From assembly GCF_963921235.1 (NCBI RefSeq), contig NC_086098.1, positions 4,774,001 to 4,838,000 of the forward strand: a stretch of 64,000 nucleotides of DNA, read 5' to 3'. Below are positions 36,847 through 49,889 of this stretch, piece by piece. The position numbers were made by a program, and so were the translations under genes. The DNA comes from Mobula hypostoma (lineage: Eukaryota). The notes below the pieces were generated by a model. That model did not search any database. It had not been told where the DNA came from and saw only the letters and a list, made by a program, of their open reading frames with translations. Numbering within the stretch: position 1 is the stretch's first letter; each line of letters starts with the position of its first letter.

Positions 36847-38344
36847 ATCAGGAACATTGTTTTGTTTGTATGTATATATATATATATATATATATGTACA
36901 ATATATATGTTGTATATATGTACAGTCAGATGACAATAAAGCTGGACTTCAGACAGTGGAGATATTGCGTGAATTGTTAATATAGTTTCAACAGGGTGGT
37001 GATGGAATCAGATTTAGTTTGTGGGTCAAGCACTGATAGATGAGAGGCTAGCAATGTACCAAAAAAGAGGAGGGTTCTTATATACACTGGAGACAAAAGC
37101 CAGACTCTTTGATATCGTTGTTCTCTTCTTCATTGTGAATGCTAGCAGGAAAATGAATCACAGGGTTACATATGGTGACATATATGTACTTTGATAATAA
37201 ATTTACTTTGAACATTTCAACATACAACACTCCTTCTTACCATAGTCTTCTCCTCACCTGCCCATCACCTCCACTCCTCCTCCTCCTCCTCACCTGCCCA
37301 TCACCTCCACTCCTCCTTCCCTTTCTTCCATGGTGCTCTTTTCTATCAAATTTCTTCTTCTTCAGCCCTTTATCTCTTCCATCTGTCACCTCCCAGATTC
37401 TTACTACATTCCCTCACCCACCCACCCACCTTCCCCTCACCTGGTCTCATCCTTTAGCCGCCAGCTTCCCACTTCATCCTCCCTCACATACCCACTCACC
37501 TGGTCTCCCCTGTCCCCTCTCAGCTTCTCACTTCATCCCCCCCTTCCCCACCCACCCACTCTCCCCCTCACCTGGCCTCACCTTTCACCTGCCAGCTTGT
37601 ACTGTTCCCCTCCCCCATCTTCTTATTTCGGTTTCTTCCCCCTTCCTTTCCAGTCCTGATGAGGGATCTCAGCCCAAAATGTGAAGATATTGAATTTTAT
37701 CTTTTAAAACCTATAGATTAAAAGCAAACAATAATTATATTAGTCTGTCTTGAATGAGTCTTGACTTTTATTTGGTATGTATGCCTTAACAACAAATATT
37801 TTTTAGTATCTATAAATGGAGACTGGCATCTTCTTGCATTGAGACACAGCCAAATTATTTAAATTAAGTTGTGTTATTTGTTGTTTGAAGTAATGAATTA
37901 TAACTCCAAGATGGATTTCACAGCAGAAAATGATCATTTTCAGTAATTGGTTTGAATAAATAATTATTGCTAGAATTCATTGTGCACTCTTTAGAGTAAA
38001 GCTATCATCTTCCGTCCAAAAATAATTGGCAAAAGTTTGTATGAATCTGCCAGGAGAGACTCAGAGCCTGATGTAGAAACGGTTGTGTGAATGAAATTTG
38101 CTGGTGGCATAGAAACTGTGAACAGATCGGAGTTCTGCTGATGTTATAGAAGAAAGTAGGGCAGGCCACTGGGGGGTAAGCTGTGGAGGGTAGCTTGCTG
38201 TCACAGAAGAGTGGTGCTTGGGCCTGAACAGTCTTTACCATGCTAAGGCAGTCAATATTTCATAGAACATTACAACACATTACAGTACAGGCCCTTCGGC
38301 CCACACTGTTGTGTCGACCTTTTAATCTACTCTAAGATCCTTCT

Positions 38345-39278
38345 CCGAGGATCGTCCTCTTGTCGTGGTGGAGAGGGTTGTGAATTCCTGAGATTCCGAG
38401 AGTGATGCCGTCTGGAGTTTTGCTCCTGGGATGGTCACCCATGGCGCTAAGGTCAAGGGGGAGATTCCAGAGGAAGAACTCAGTGGTGGAGCTGGTGGAA
38501 AATGCTGATACATCACAATGACAGTGACCGGAGGAGATCTGCAGCAGTGAAAGGTCCCCAGTCATCTTGCACTGGATGCAAACATTCATCTGTCAAGGAC
38601 GGTGTGGCAGCTGGCTGCCCGTGCCCCACGTTAAACAAAGTCATTCTCCATTAAGGCTATCCATCTTAACATCCCGGATCAACAAACAGCCCCTTAAACT
38701 CTGGTTAGGCCACACTAGGAGTACTGTGTCCAGTTCTGGTCACCTCACTATAGGAAGGATGTGGAAGCATTGGAAAGGGTACAGAGGAGATTTACCAGGA
38801 TGCTGCCTAGTTTAGAGAGTATGTATTATGATCAGAGATTAAGGGAGCTAGGGCTTTACTCTTTGGAGAGAAGGAGGATGAGAGCAGACATGATAGAGGT
38901 GTACAAGATATTAAGAGGAATAGATAGAGTGGACAGCCAGCGCCTCTTCCCCAGGGCACCACTGCTCAATACAAGAGGACATGACTTTAAGGTAAGGGGT
39001 GGGAAGTTCAAGGGGGATATTAGAGGAAGGTTTTTTACTCAGAGAGTGGTTGGTGCGTGGAATGCACTGCCTGAGTCAGTGGTGGAGGCAGATACACTAG
39101 TGAAGTTTAAGAGATTACTAGACAGGTATATGGAGGAATTTAAGATGGGGGGTTATATGGGAGGCAGGGTTTAAGGGTCGACACAACATTGTGGGCCGAA
39201 GGGCCTGTACTGTGCTGTACTATTCTATGTTCTATGTTCTTAGGAGAATATCATACTCGACTGGAGTGATCGCAGTAC
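38345..39278 (+). mobile_element. Internally deleted RTE (Rex3/Expander-like 5' end) with a nested CR1 3' part at about 38695-39240
   Basis: CTTGTCGTGGTGGAGAGGG…CACCCATGGC resembles Expander/Rex3 5' ends (from memory). Flanking TACTCTAA repeats. The nested CR1 gives a 137-aa ORF. Confidence 0.55.
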
Positions 39279-39459
39279 TCTAAAACCAGTCTAGTCCTTC
39301 CCTCCTCCCGGACTGGCATCTGTTCCTCACACTCGCCACTCAGTTAAATCCATGTTCAGCAATAACCAAATATTTCAGACAAAATAAACCACAACTTAGT
39401 TCAAATAATCTGCTGTGTCTCAATACAAGAACGTGCTCGTCTCTATAGATGCTGAAAAA

Positions 39460-40100
39460 TGTAAACATGAGAACGTCTGCAGATCCAAAGTTACCCACAC
39501 GACATGCTGGAGGAACTCAGCAGGTCAGGCAGCATCTATAGAAAAGAATAAACACGTCAATGTTTCAGGCCGAGATCCTTCATCAGGGCTGGAAAGGAAG
39601 GGGGGAAATGCCAGAATAAAAAGGTGAGGGACAGGGGAAGCAGGATAGCTGGAAGGTGATAGGTGAAGCCCAGATGAGAGGGAAAGGTCAAGGTCTTAGG
39701 GTCTTGACCTTAGGTCAAGGTCAACATTTTTTAGGGATGTACATACTGAATGAAACTCCAGGTCTAATTAAGGTGCATTAATCTACAGGTACTTCAAGAA
39801 AGAACCTATTAGAAGTGGAGAGTGGACCATAGGAGAAAGGGAAGGAAGAGGGGACCCAGGGGAAAGTAATAGGCAAGGGAGAAGAAGGAAGAGGTCAGAG
39901 TGGGAATTGGAGGGGGGTGGATTTCTTTGCTGGAAAGGGAAATCAATGTTCATGCCTAAAGGTTAGAAGCCACCCAGATGGAATATAAGGTGTTGTCCCT
40001 CCACTCTGAGGGTGGCCCCATCTTGGCACAAGGGTAAGTCATGAACTGACAGGTCAGAACGGGAATAGGAATCAGAATTAAAATGTTTGGTCATTGGGAA
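39460..40100 (-). mobile_element. Penelope-like 3' fragment
   Basis: Reverse complement of the same terminus as 36305-36846, including a hammerhead-like core at about 39553-39590. Confidence 0.7.
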
Positions 40101-40364
40101 AAGATTCTGACAAAACATTTTTTAGGATGTACATACTGAATGAAACTCCAGGTCTAATTAAGGTGCATTAAAAATAATAATTGTATTAATCTACAGGTAC
40201 TTTAAGATAAAACACAACATCTGACAACTCAAAGCTTTACATTTCTAGTACCTCTCCATCAAACATCTCCCCAGGCATCAGTGAATTCCTAATTAATTCC
40301 TAATTCCTAATTAATATGAAAATCACAATGGTATGTTATCATTTTAGAGCTCTCAGTTTAAATA

Positions 40365-41761
40365 CATAGAAACATAGAAACATAGAAAATAGGTGCAGGA
40401 GTAGGCCATTCGGCCCTTCGAGCCTGCACCGCCATTTATTATGATCATGGCTGATCATCCAACTCAGAACCCCGCCCCAGCCTTCCCTCCATACCCCCTG
40501 ACCCCTGTAGCCACAAGGGCCATATCTAACTTCCTTTTAAACATAGCTAATGAACTGGCCTCAACAGTTTGCTGTGGCAGAGAATTCCACAGATTCACCA
40601 CTCTCTGTGTGAAGAAGTTTTTCCTAACCTCGGTCCTAAAAGGCTTCCCCTCTATCCTCAAACTGTGACCCCTCGTTCTAGACCTCCCCAACATCGGGAA
40701 CAATCTTCCCGCATCTAGCCTGTCCAATCCCTTTAGGATCTTATACGTTTCAATCAGATCCCCCCTCAATCTTCTAGATTCCAACGAGTACAAGCCCAGT
40801 TCATCCAGTCTTTCTTCATATGAAAGACCTGCCATCCCAGGAATCAATCTGGTGAACCTTCTTTGTACTCCCTCTATGGCAAAGATGTCTTTCCTCAGAT
40901 TAGGGGACCAAAACTGCACACAATACTCCAGGTGTGGTCTCACCAAGGCCTTGTACAACTGCAGTAGTACCTCCCTGCTCCTGTACTCGAATCCTCTCGC
41001 TGTAAATGCCAGCATACCGTTCGCCTTTTTCACCGCCTGCTGTACCTGCATGCCCACTTTCAATGACTGGTGTGTAACGACACCCAGGTCTCGTTGCACC
41101 TCCCCTTTTCCTAATCGGCCACCATTCAGATAATAATCTGTTTTCCTATTTTTGCCACCAAAGTGGATAACTTCACATTTATCCACATTAAATTGCATCT
41201 GCCATGAGTTTGCCCACTCATCCAACCTATCCAAGTCACCCTGCATCCTCTTAGCATCCTCCTCACTGCTAACACTGCCACCCAGCTTCGTGTCATCCGC
41301 AAACTTGGAGATGCTGCATTTAATTCCCTCATCCAAGTCATTAATATATATTGTAAACAACTGGGGTCCCAGCACTGAGCCTTGCGGTACCCCACTAGTC
41401 ACCGCCTGCCATTCTGAAAAGGTCCCGTTTATTCCCACTCTTTGCTTCCTGTCTGCTAACCAATTCTCCACCCACACCAATACCTTACCCCCAATACCGT
41501 GTGCTTTAAGTTTGCACACTAATCTCCTGTGTGGGACCTTGTCAAAAGCCTTTTGAAAATCCAAATATACCACATCCACTGGTTCTCCCCATCCACTCTA
41601 CTAGTTACATCCTCAAAAAATTCTATGAGATTCGTCAGACATGATTTTCCTTTCACAAATCCATGCTGACTTTGTCCGATCATTTCACCGCTTTCCAAAT
41701 GTGCTGTTATCACATCCTTGATAACTGACTCCAGCAGTTTCCCCACCACCGACGTTAGGCT
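40365..41761 (-). mobile_element. Young CR1 (subfamily C), RT and 3' end
   Basis: 371-aa ORF and a (CTATGTTT)n tail. Confidence 0.93.
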
Positions 41762-41845
41762 CGAATACAACTCGAATTATTTTCTACTTGCAGTAACTGC
41801 CTTCAGTTACTGGTTTATTATTGATGTTTGATATAATTGATGTTT

Positions 41846-42008
41846 GGGGATGGGAGTGTGTGGAGGGTTATAGTCCCACTGTTGGTCGATGGGACTCAGG
41901 GGATGGGAATGTGTGGAGGGTTATAATCCCACTGTTGCTCGATGTGACTCAGGGGATGGGAGTGTGTGGAGGGTTATAGTCCTGCTGTTGGTCGATGGGA
42001 CTCGGGGG
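41846..42008 (+). repeat. Tandem triplication of a ~54-bp CR1-3'UTR-like unit
   Basis: GGGGATGGGA(G/A)TGTGTGGAGGGTTATA…GATG(G/T)GACTC, three times. Confidence 0.85.
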
Positions 42009-42009
42009 A

Positions 42010-42400
42010 AACAGTGCCCATGCTGGAACTGGCTGAGCTCTGCATTCTCTTTCGATCCTGCGCATTGCAGCCTCCGTACCAGGCAGAGGCACAGCCATTC
42101 AGAATGCTCTCCACCGTACGTCCATAGAAATTCACAAGTCTTTGGTGACAAACCAAATCTCCACAAACTCCAAATGAAAAATAGCCCTGGGCATGCCTTC
42201 TCCATTATTGCATCAATACGTTGGACCCAGGAAAGATCCTCTGAGATGTTTGCACCCAGAAACTTGACACCACTCACCCTTTCCACTGCCGACCCCTCCA
42301 TGAGGACTGGTGTGTTTTCCCTCAATTCCCCTTCCCAAAGTCCACAATCAGTCCCTTGGTCTTGCCAACGTTGACTGCAAGGTTGTTGTTGTTGAAACAC
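42010..42400 (-). mobile_element. Rex/L2-like LINE fragment
   Basis: VERVSGVKFLGANISEDLSW and FYGRTVESILNGC. Confidence 0.7.
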
Positions 42401-42451
42401 GCTGAGGAAAGTGGTTTCCCCTCTAGTCCTTATTTAATTTTGTGTCAAAAT

Positions 42452-42862
42452 ACACTCAGTGGCCACTTTATTAGGTACACCTGCACACCTGCTTATTAAC
42501 GCAAATATCTAATCAGCCAATCCTGTGGCAGCAACATAAAAGCATGCAGGCATGGTCTGGAGGTTCAATTGTTGTTCATCAGTTGTTGTTAGTGATCTAA
42601 GCGACTTTGACTGTTGATGCCAGACGGGGTGGTTTGAGTATCTCAGAAATTGCTGATCTCCTGGGATTTTCACACACAACTGCCTCCAGAGTTTACAGAG
42701 AATGGTCCAGAATAAAAATATCCAGTGAACAGAAGTTCTGTGGGCAAAAGTGCCTTGTAAATGCAGGAGGACAAAGGAGGATGGTTAGACTGGTTTAAGC
42801 TGACTGGCAGGTGCCAGTAACTCAAATAACCACACGTTACAACAGGGGTGTGCAGAAGAGCA
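42452..42862 (+). mobile_element. Tc1-like transposon 5' fragment
   Basis: TA|CACTCAGTGGCCACTTTATTAGGTACACC end; HTH GLSISEIADLLGFSHTTASRVYRE. Confidence 0.8.
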
Positions 42863-43659
42863 TAGAACATAGAATAGTACAGCACAGTACAGACCCTTCA
42901 ACCATTTGTGCAAAATTGGCCCTTCTCCAATTTAGAACCTCAGTTCAAGGACCAGACTGATCCTTATCCATAATTAACTTGAAATTAATGACATTATGGT
43001 CACTGGACCCAAAATGTTTGCCTATACATATTTCTTTCACCTGACCTGTTTGGTTCCCTAACAGGAGATTAAGTATTGCGTCCTCTCTCGTAGATTGCTA
43101 ATGGAACAGTTGTTCATTCAGCAAGAAGTGATAGATATAGAATTGACAAGCAAAGGCCAAGGCTTCACTACGATACACTGGCACAGACACCAAGGTTCTC
43201 CTGCCACCTCACACCAGGACTATTACAGGTAGGTGTAATGCTGTCATTCATGCTATTGGGTTTCACTTTGTAGGAAGTAATGTCTTACAAACGCTGCCAG
43301 GTTGCCGTGCATCCGATGTCGCTTCCAACCTCGCCCTTGAAATAGCCCTCTGCAGATCAGACCTGTTTTTTTGGTATCGGGTTGGGTCGCCAGACTTGAA
43401 AGCCACAGATCTAGCCTTCAGCAGAAACCGTCCTGGTTCATCCACAGCTTTTGATTTGGGAATGTACAGTAAGCCTTTGTAGGTACACACAAATCCACAC
43501 AGGGAGGGAATGCCGTGATTTTGACCCAGCAACAATGAAGGAATGGCGATATGTTTCCAAGTCAGGAAGGTGAGAACAAGAGGTGACCTGATTGAAGTAC
43601 AGAAAATTATAAGAGGTATAGATAAGAATCTTTTTACCATATTAAGAATATCTAAAATA

Positions 43660-46640
43660 AGATGTTTGATGTTCCCTTGCCTTTGACAAAGCCGCACAGT
43701 TCTTCACTGATCTCTGGTTTAATTTTGTTTCTTATTCTGAGCATGATGATTCTAAGTAGAACCTTTGTGAGGTGGCTCATTAAACTAATTGTTCTGTGTT
43801 GTCCACACTTTGTTGCACCTGGTTTCTTTGGCAGTGCAATGAATACTGTCTTTAAAAGATCTTATTGGTACTTTGCCACTGTAATTCAATAAGATTGTTA
43901 ATTTCTCTACACCAAAATCTTCTAGCGCTTCATACAGTTCAATCAGAATGTTATCTGGTCCTGATGATTTCCCCTTTCGCATTTTCTTCATAGCATGTTC
44001 CGCTTCTTCTTTCAGTATTGCTGGGCCCTCGTTGTTGTTACCAATATCAAAGTTGTTCTCTCGGTCTTTGTCGTCGTATAGGTCTTTGATGTATTCTGAC
44101 CATCTTTGCATTATTTTTCCTTTTTTCATAATTGTAGAGCCGTCTTTTGCTTTTATACATCCTGTTGTTGCCCCGCTTTTCCTCCGATTTGTGACCTCTT
44201 TGATTTCATCGTGCATACGTTTGCTGTTGTTGGTCCTCTGCAATTGTTCTATTAACTCACATTTGTCCTTAAGCCACTTTTCTTTTGCTTCCTTGCACTT
44301 GGTTGCAAGCAAGGATATGTAGGCTTTTTCGTTTTCCTTACGTTTTCTTCTTTGTTCCATAAGAGCTGAGAGTTAAGGGGCAAAAGTTTAGGGGTAACAC
44401 GAGGGGGAACTTCTTTACTCAGAGAGTAGTAGCTGTGTGGAACGAGCTTCCAGCAGAAGTGGTTGAGGCAGGTTCAATATTGTCATTAAAAGAAAATTGG
44501 ATAGATATACGGACAGGAAAGGAATGGAGGGTTATGGGCTGAGTGCAGGTCAGTAGGACTAGGTGAGAGTAAACATTCGGCACGGACTGGAAGGGCCGAG
44601 ATGGCCTGTTTCCGTGCTGTTATGGTTATATGGTTACATTCAGAATTTCTTCTGTCATCCATTTCTTTTTAGCTTTTTTCTGTTGTTTGGGAATCACCTC
44701 TTGTGCTGCTTGTGTTATGCTGTCTCTGAGGTTTTCCCATTGCTGTTCTATAATAGTGATGTTTTGTGGAGCCTCGAATTTGTTCTTCACTGTTATTTGG
44801 AATTTATTTTTGATGTCACTGTTTTTTCTCAAAAGTACCAGATTCAGCTTTGGCTCTACTCTTGGTCTATTAAGCTTTCTGAGTCTCAGGTACATCACGC
44901 TGATTATTGGTACGTGATCACTGTGGCAGTCTACACCCGGATATGCTTTGCATGATTTCAGAGCATTTCTATACCTTCTCCTTACAAGCACGTAATCAAT
45001 CTGGTCTCTGGTGTTATCCCCAGGCTCTTCCATGTCTATAGTTTTCTTGGGTGTTGCTTGAAGACGGTATTACCAATTATATAATCTTTTACCGTGATCC
45101 ATGTAGCAAGTCATTCACCTCTCTCATCTCTCTCACCTATGCCATAATGCCCAATATTGTCCTCATCCCTGGTCTTGCCTACTTTTGCATTGAAGTCACC
45201 TTGAATAATAGTATTTTCTGAGCTTTTACATTGTCTTAATGCTGTTTCTAGTTCGTCATAAAATTGATCGATGCTTTCTTCACTGTTGTCTGCTGTTGGG
45301 GCGTGAACTTGAACGATGTTAATATCAGAAGGTTTTGCATATAGTTTCACAAGTAACATTCGATCTGATATTGTCCAATAGCCTTTTATTGATTTTGCAT
45401 GTTTTTCATCTAACATAATTCCAACACCTTTTTCATGTATTTCTCCTCCTGAGTAAATGATGGTATATCCCTCTGAGCATGTTTTACCAGCTCCTTTCCA
45501 CCTCGTCTCGCACATTCCCAAGACGATGATTTTTAATCTTTCCATTTCCTGTTTGATGTTGTCTAGTTTACCAGGTTGGTTAAGACCTATACTTCTGTCT
45601 CAATGACTAGTGAAACACCAAGTCATCATGAAAATGCTTAAAAATATGAATATTGACAGAAAGGATCTAAGAATAATCATACTGGCAACAAAGTGCAGCC
45701 GTACGGATAGACAACGAGATTTGTGAATATCAGCCAATAAAGCGAGGAGTCACACAGGGTTGTGTTCTATCACCAGACCTGTTCTCCCTGTACTTCATGA
45801 GAACCATACAAGACCTATCTGGAATAAGTATAGGAGGATACAATATCAACAACCTCCGCTATGCAGATGATACAGTACTGATAGCAAACAGTGAAGTAAA
45901 TCTACAGAAACTAGAATCTACCATCAACACAGAGAACGAAAGACTTGGCCTAACCTTAAACAAAAAGAAAACTGAAGTAATGGTAATATCAAAGAAACCT
46001 GATATCCCAAACTGCAGGGTCGTATTGGGAAATGAAATCCTGAAACAAGTTCACAACTTCAAGTACCTCGGATCATGGGTAACATCTGACGACAAATGTG
46101 AAACAGACATAAAAGCAAGAATAGCAATGACAAGAACAGCATTTACAGAAATGAGAAACATCCTAACGAGCAAGAAAATAGCAAATTGGCATCTGCCTTA
46201 GAACTCTCAGCTGCTACATTCTCCCTATATTGATGTGTGACTGCGAGTCATGGACCATCACAAATGCATTGCAAAAAATCAATGCAGCAGAGATGTGGTT
46301 CCTCAGAAGAATGCTATGCATATCATATACGGACAAGATAACCAACAAAGTTCTACAGAGAACGAAAACAAAACATACATTACTTAAAAAAAATCAGAAA
46401 ACAGCAATCAAAATTCTTTGGACAGATCATGCGAAGAGAGACATTAGAACATTTAGTTACAACTGGACAGCTGGAAGGAAAGAGAGGCAGAGGTGACAGA
46501 GAGTGAAAATGATAGATGGAATAACATCATGGGTAGAAACAGGGGAGGCAACAACTACAATTCGGCGAGTCAGGGACCATGATGGATAGAGAAACATGAT
46601 GGCCCACACCGAACGGCAAGGCACCTGAATGAATGAATGA
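43660..46640. mobile_element. RTE-clade LINE with inverted 5' portion (minus 43660-45580, plus 45583-46640), interrupted by a CR1 3' fragment at about 44363-44636
   Basis: Minus: endonuclease LGMCETRW, GDFNAKVG, QIDY and SDH, then RT start. Plus: QGCVLSPDLF, LRYADDTVL and a (TGAA)n tail. Confidence 0.85.
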
Positions 46641-46989
46641 AAATAAGACAGACATTTAAACCAGAGGAAGGATATTTAAAGTGTATCTTAAGGGAAAGTT
46701 TTATTTATAAAGTGTTTAATATCGGGAAGTGGCTGCCAGAGGAGGTGGTGAGGTCATATGCCATCAATACTTTTAAAAGCCACAGAAACAGTCACTTCAA
46801 CAGGCAAGCCATAGAAGTACAGTATGTGGACCTAATGCAGCAAATGCCATTACTGCAGATGTGGAAAAGGTTGCCATGGAGATTAAAGGTCCATTTATGC
46901 GTTGTACAATTTTATCAATTGTTATTTTGTAGAACATGTCCCTCTGTATTTGTGTTGTAATTTTATCTGAAGAGTTAGCGATATTATTT

Positions 46990-48152
46990 TTTATTTAGCA
47001 ATACAGCACAGAATAGGCCCTTCGAGCCGTGATACTCAGCAACCTAACAACTCTGATTTTACTCTAACCTAATCACGGGATAACTTACAATGAGCAATTA
47101 ACCTAGCTGGTTACTCTAACAATGACCAATTAACCTAGCTGGTTACTCTAACCATGACCAATTAACCAAGCTGGTACTTCTGTCGACTGCGAGAGGAAAC
47201 TCGAACTCGCGGAGGAAGTCCGTGAGGTAGATAGATACACTTTATTAATCCCGAGGGAAATTTGCTTTTGTTACAGCCGCACCAACCGAGAATAGAGCGT
47301 AAATATAGCAATACAAAAAACCCCAACAATCAAACAACAAAATGCAAAACTATGCCAGATGGAAAATAAGTCCAGGACCAGCCTATTGGCTCAGGGTGTC
47401 TGACCCTCCACGGGAGGAGCTGCACGTTCGATGGCCACAGGCAGGAACGACCTCCCATGCCGCCAAGTGTTGTATCACGGTGGAATGTGGCCGAAGTCCA
47501 ACAGTGAAAAGTTCAATATCCAATCTGCAAACACGTTCCTCGGTCGTAATATACCCTGGATTGCACCATCTGTTGTTAACCAGATCAGTAAGCACCCAAC
47601 TCCTTTACGCTCACCGCTCTCAGTGCACTTCCGGTCAGGCGGAACGGTATTACCCACCGAACCCTTCTTCTCCAAAAGTCTCTGTTGTCTCGACCCGGTC
47701 CTCTTTCCTCGGCTTTGTGATCCCACTCTGCACCCTCTGTGTGTTTTCCTCCGGATTTCAGCAGGGGTGTCCGCCGCTCTGTTCGCCAAGCCGGCTGGTC
47801 TTTGCTGGTCCGTAGAATACACAATGCGACCTTGCTTCTGTCCTGCGTGTCGGGATGTAACCATTTCCAGCGCTAAAGAAAACCCAAATAAAACACTCTC
47901 TACCAGCATGTTAGAGAGGGTGCAGCTTCAACGTGTTACCGTGAGAAAAAAAATACAAAGAATAACGTAAATTAAAAAGTAAGAAGAAGAAAGTAAGAAT
48001 AGATCGGAACGGCTGTATCAGGCTGCATGCACGACCGGCGGGGGGGATCACGGGGAGGACAGAGAGACTCCTTACAGAGGATGCTGGAATTGAACTCCGA
48101 TGTCCCAAGCTGTAATAGCATCACATTTACTGCTACGCTACCATCGTGTCCC
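46990..48152 (-). mobile_element. V-SINE/HE1-like SINE with an internal ~38-bp triplication (about 47087-47175) and a nested deleted Rex1-like element (about 47228-48045)
   Basis: SINE head at 48050-48150. The Rex 3' end resembles 32450-32670, and its endonuclease-like piece reads NNRWCNPGY…DIELFTVGLRP. Confidence 0.65.
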
Positions 48153-49889
48153 AATGCAATTTATGCAAGACTGCGTAACTGGTTTATTCCATAATCCTTA
48201 AAAATAACAAATGGAATAACAATGGCACTGAAGCTTAATATTTCACATCTTTTTTTGTTACTGTTTAAAGGAGAACAACAATGCAAGCTGTACTAAAATG
48301 AGCGAATAACACACAATATGTTGGAGGAAATCAGCAGGTCAGGCAACATCGATGGAAATGAATAAACAGTTGGTGTTTTGGGCTGAGACCCTTCATCAGG
48401 ACCGGAAAGGAAGGGAGAGAAAGCCAGAATTCAGCTTTTTGTGTGAGTTGCTCAAGATTTCCAGTTTCTGGATGAACCTCTTTGGTCTTTGAGTACATTG
48501 AAGTGGCCTGGTAGACATACACAAAGAACACACATTATGAGTTTTGTGGTCAGAAAACAGCATTTTTTAAAGATGCTTATTATCAAATCAGAAGCAAATA
48601 TTCTCTGAATGCTGAAGAGTGAACACTGAAAATCACAGGAAAACAATTTCCAACGGATTACTGAAACAAAAAGTCACAGGAATAAATTCACAATAATTTG
48701 ATTTACTGCTGTACGCAGGAATTTGAGCTCTGCCTTTGAACTTTCTTTCAAACATAACACTATGATGTGCATTAGTTGGTTACATATCATTGCAGAGATT
48801 TCAGTAACACTGAATTTTGGAGGCAAAGTATTAGATGTTGTTTCTAATGTGCAACGGTATCAACATATAAACACAAACTAAGCTTTTGTTAGAAGTTTTC
48901 TAGCACTTAGCAATGTTCACAATCATAATCTATCAACTGACCCCTTTGTAAGTTTGATGCTGTGTTAGCATGGATAACAATGTTTACAACCTTGATGTGA
49001 GGGGACTATTCTTAAGAGCCAGTTCAGTTTACTTTAACTTATTCATTGGATCTATCTTTGCATCAATGCCTAAAATGGAGAGGCAACTGCACAGGATTGG
49101 AAAAAGCTTCAGAAGTTGTAAACTCAGCCAGCTCCATCACGGGCGCTGGCCTCCCCAGCATCGAGGATATCTTCAAGAGGTCATATTCTTCATTAAGGAC
49201 CCCATTTCCTTGGGCATGCCTTCTTCTCATTGCTCAAGAAAGGAGACACTCACTCAATGTTTTCGAGAAGCTTCTTCTGCTCTGCCATCAGATTTCTGAG
49301 TAGACCACAAACACTACCTTGCTATTTTGATTTCCTCTCTTTCTGCACTACATATTTAATATTTTTATATATTGTAATTTATAGTTTATTACCATGTACT
49401 GCTGCTGCATAACAATATATTTCAGGACATATGCCAGTGATATTAAACTGATTCTAATTATTTACAAATACTAGGAATGTAAAACAATGCAGTGTTACAC
49501 AGACTGGCACCGAACAAGTCAACTTTCTAAACACAAGAGATTCTGCTGATGCTGGAAATCTAGAGCAACACAAACTAAATGCTGGGGGATCTGGTTCATG
49601 CAGCATCGATGGAGATGAATAACTAGTCGACGCTTTGGGCTGAGACCCGTCTTCAGGACTGTTCTATCCCCTTTATGTTCAACTATTCTTTCACAGATTT
49701 ATCTCCCTACCCCTACAACTACCTCTTCTCCACAAGTCCTCTACCCTCAGTCCAACAAATTGTCCCACAACAAGCTCAGGTAATTGGTAGACAGACAGAC
49801 AAGCAGGTAATCTGCCCTTTTTCAATTCATCACAGACTGAGGTTTGACAAATAGAAAATGGGAAATAGAAAAGGCGTGTCAAAGGGAAA

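Noticed and set aside
37172..37684. Pro/Ser/Leu-rich 170-aa ORF
   Set aside because: Pyrimidine-rich low-complexity Penelope-type 3' region.
41846..42008. CRISPR-like array
   Set aside because: Contiguous tandem units with no unique spacers, in a eukaryotic context with no cas genes.
47342..47970. Several overlapping 144-179-aa ORFs
   Set aside because: GC-rich 5' region of an internally deleted Rex1-like LINE; no splice or host-gene signature.
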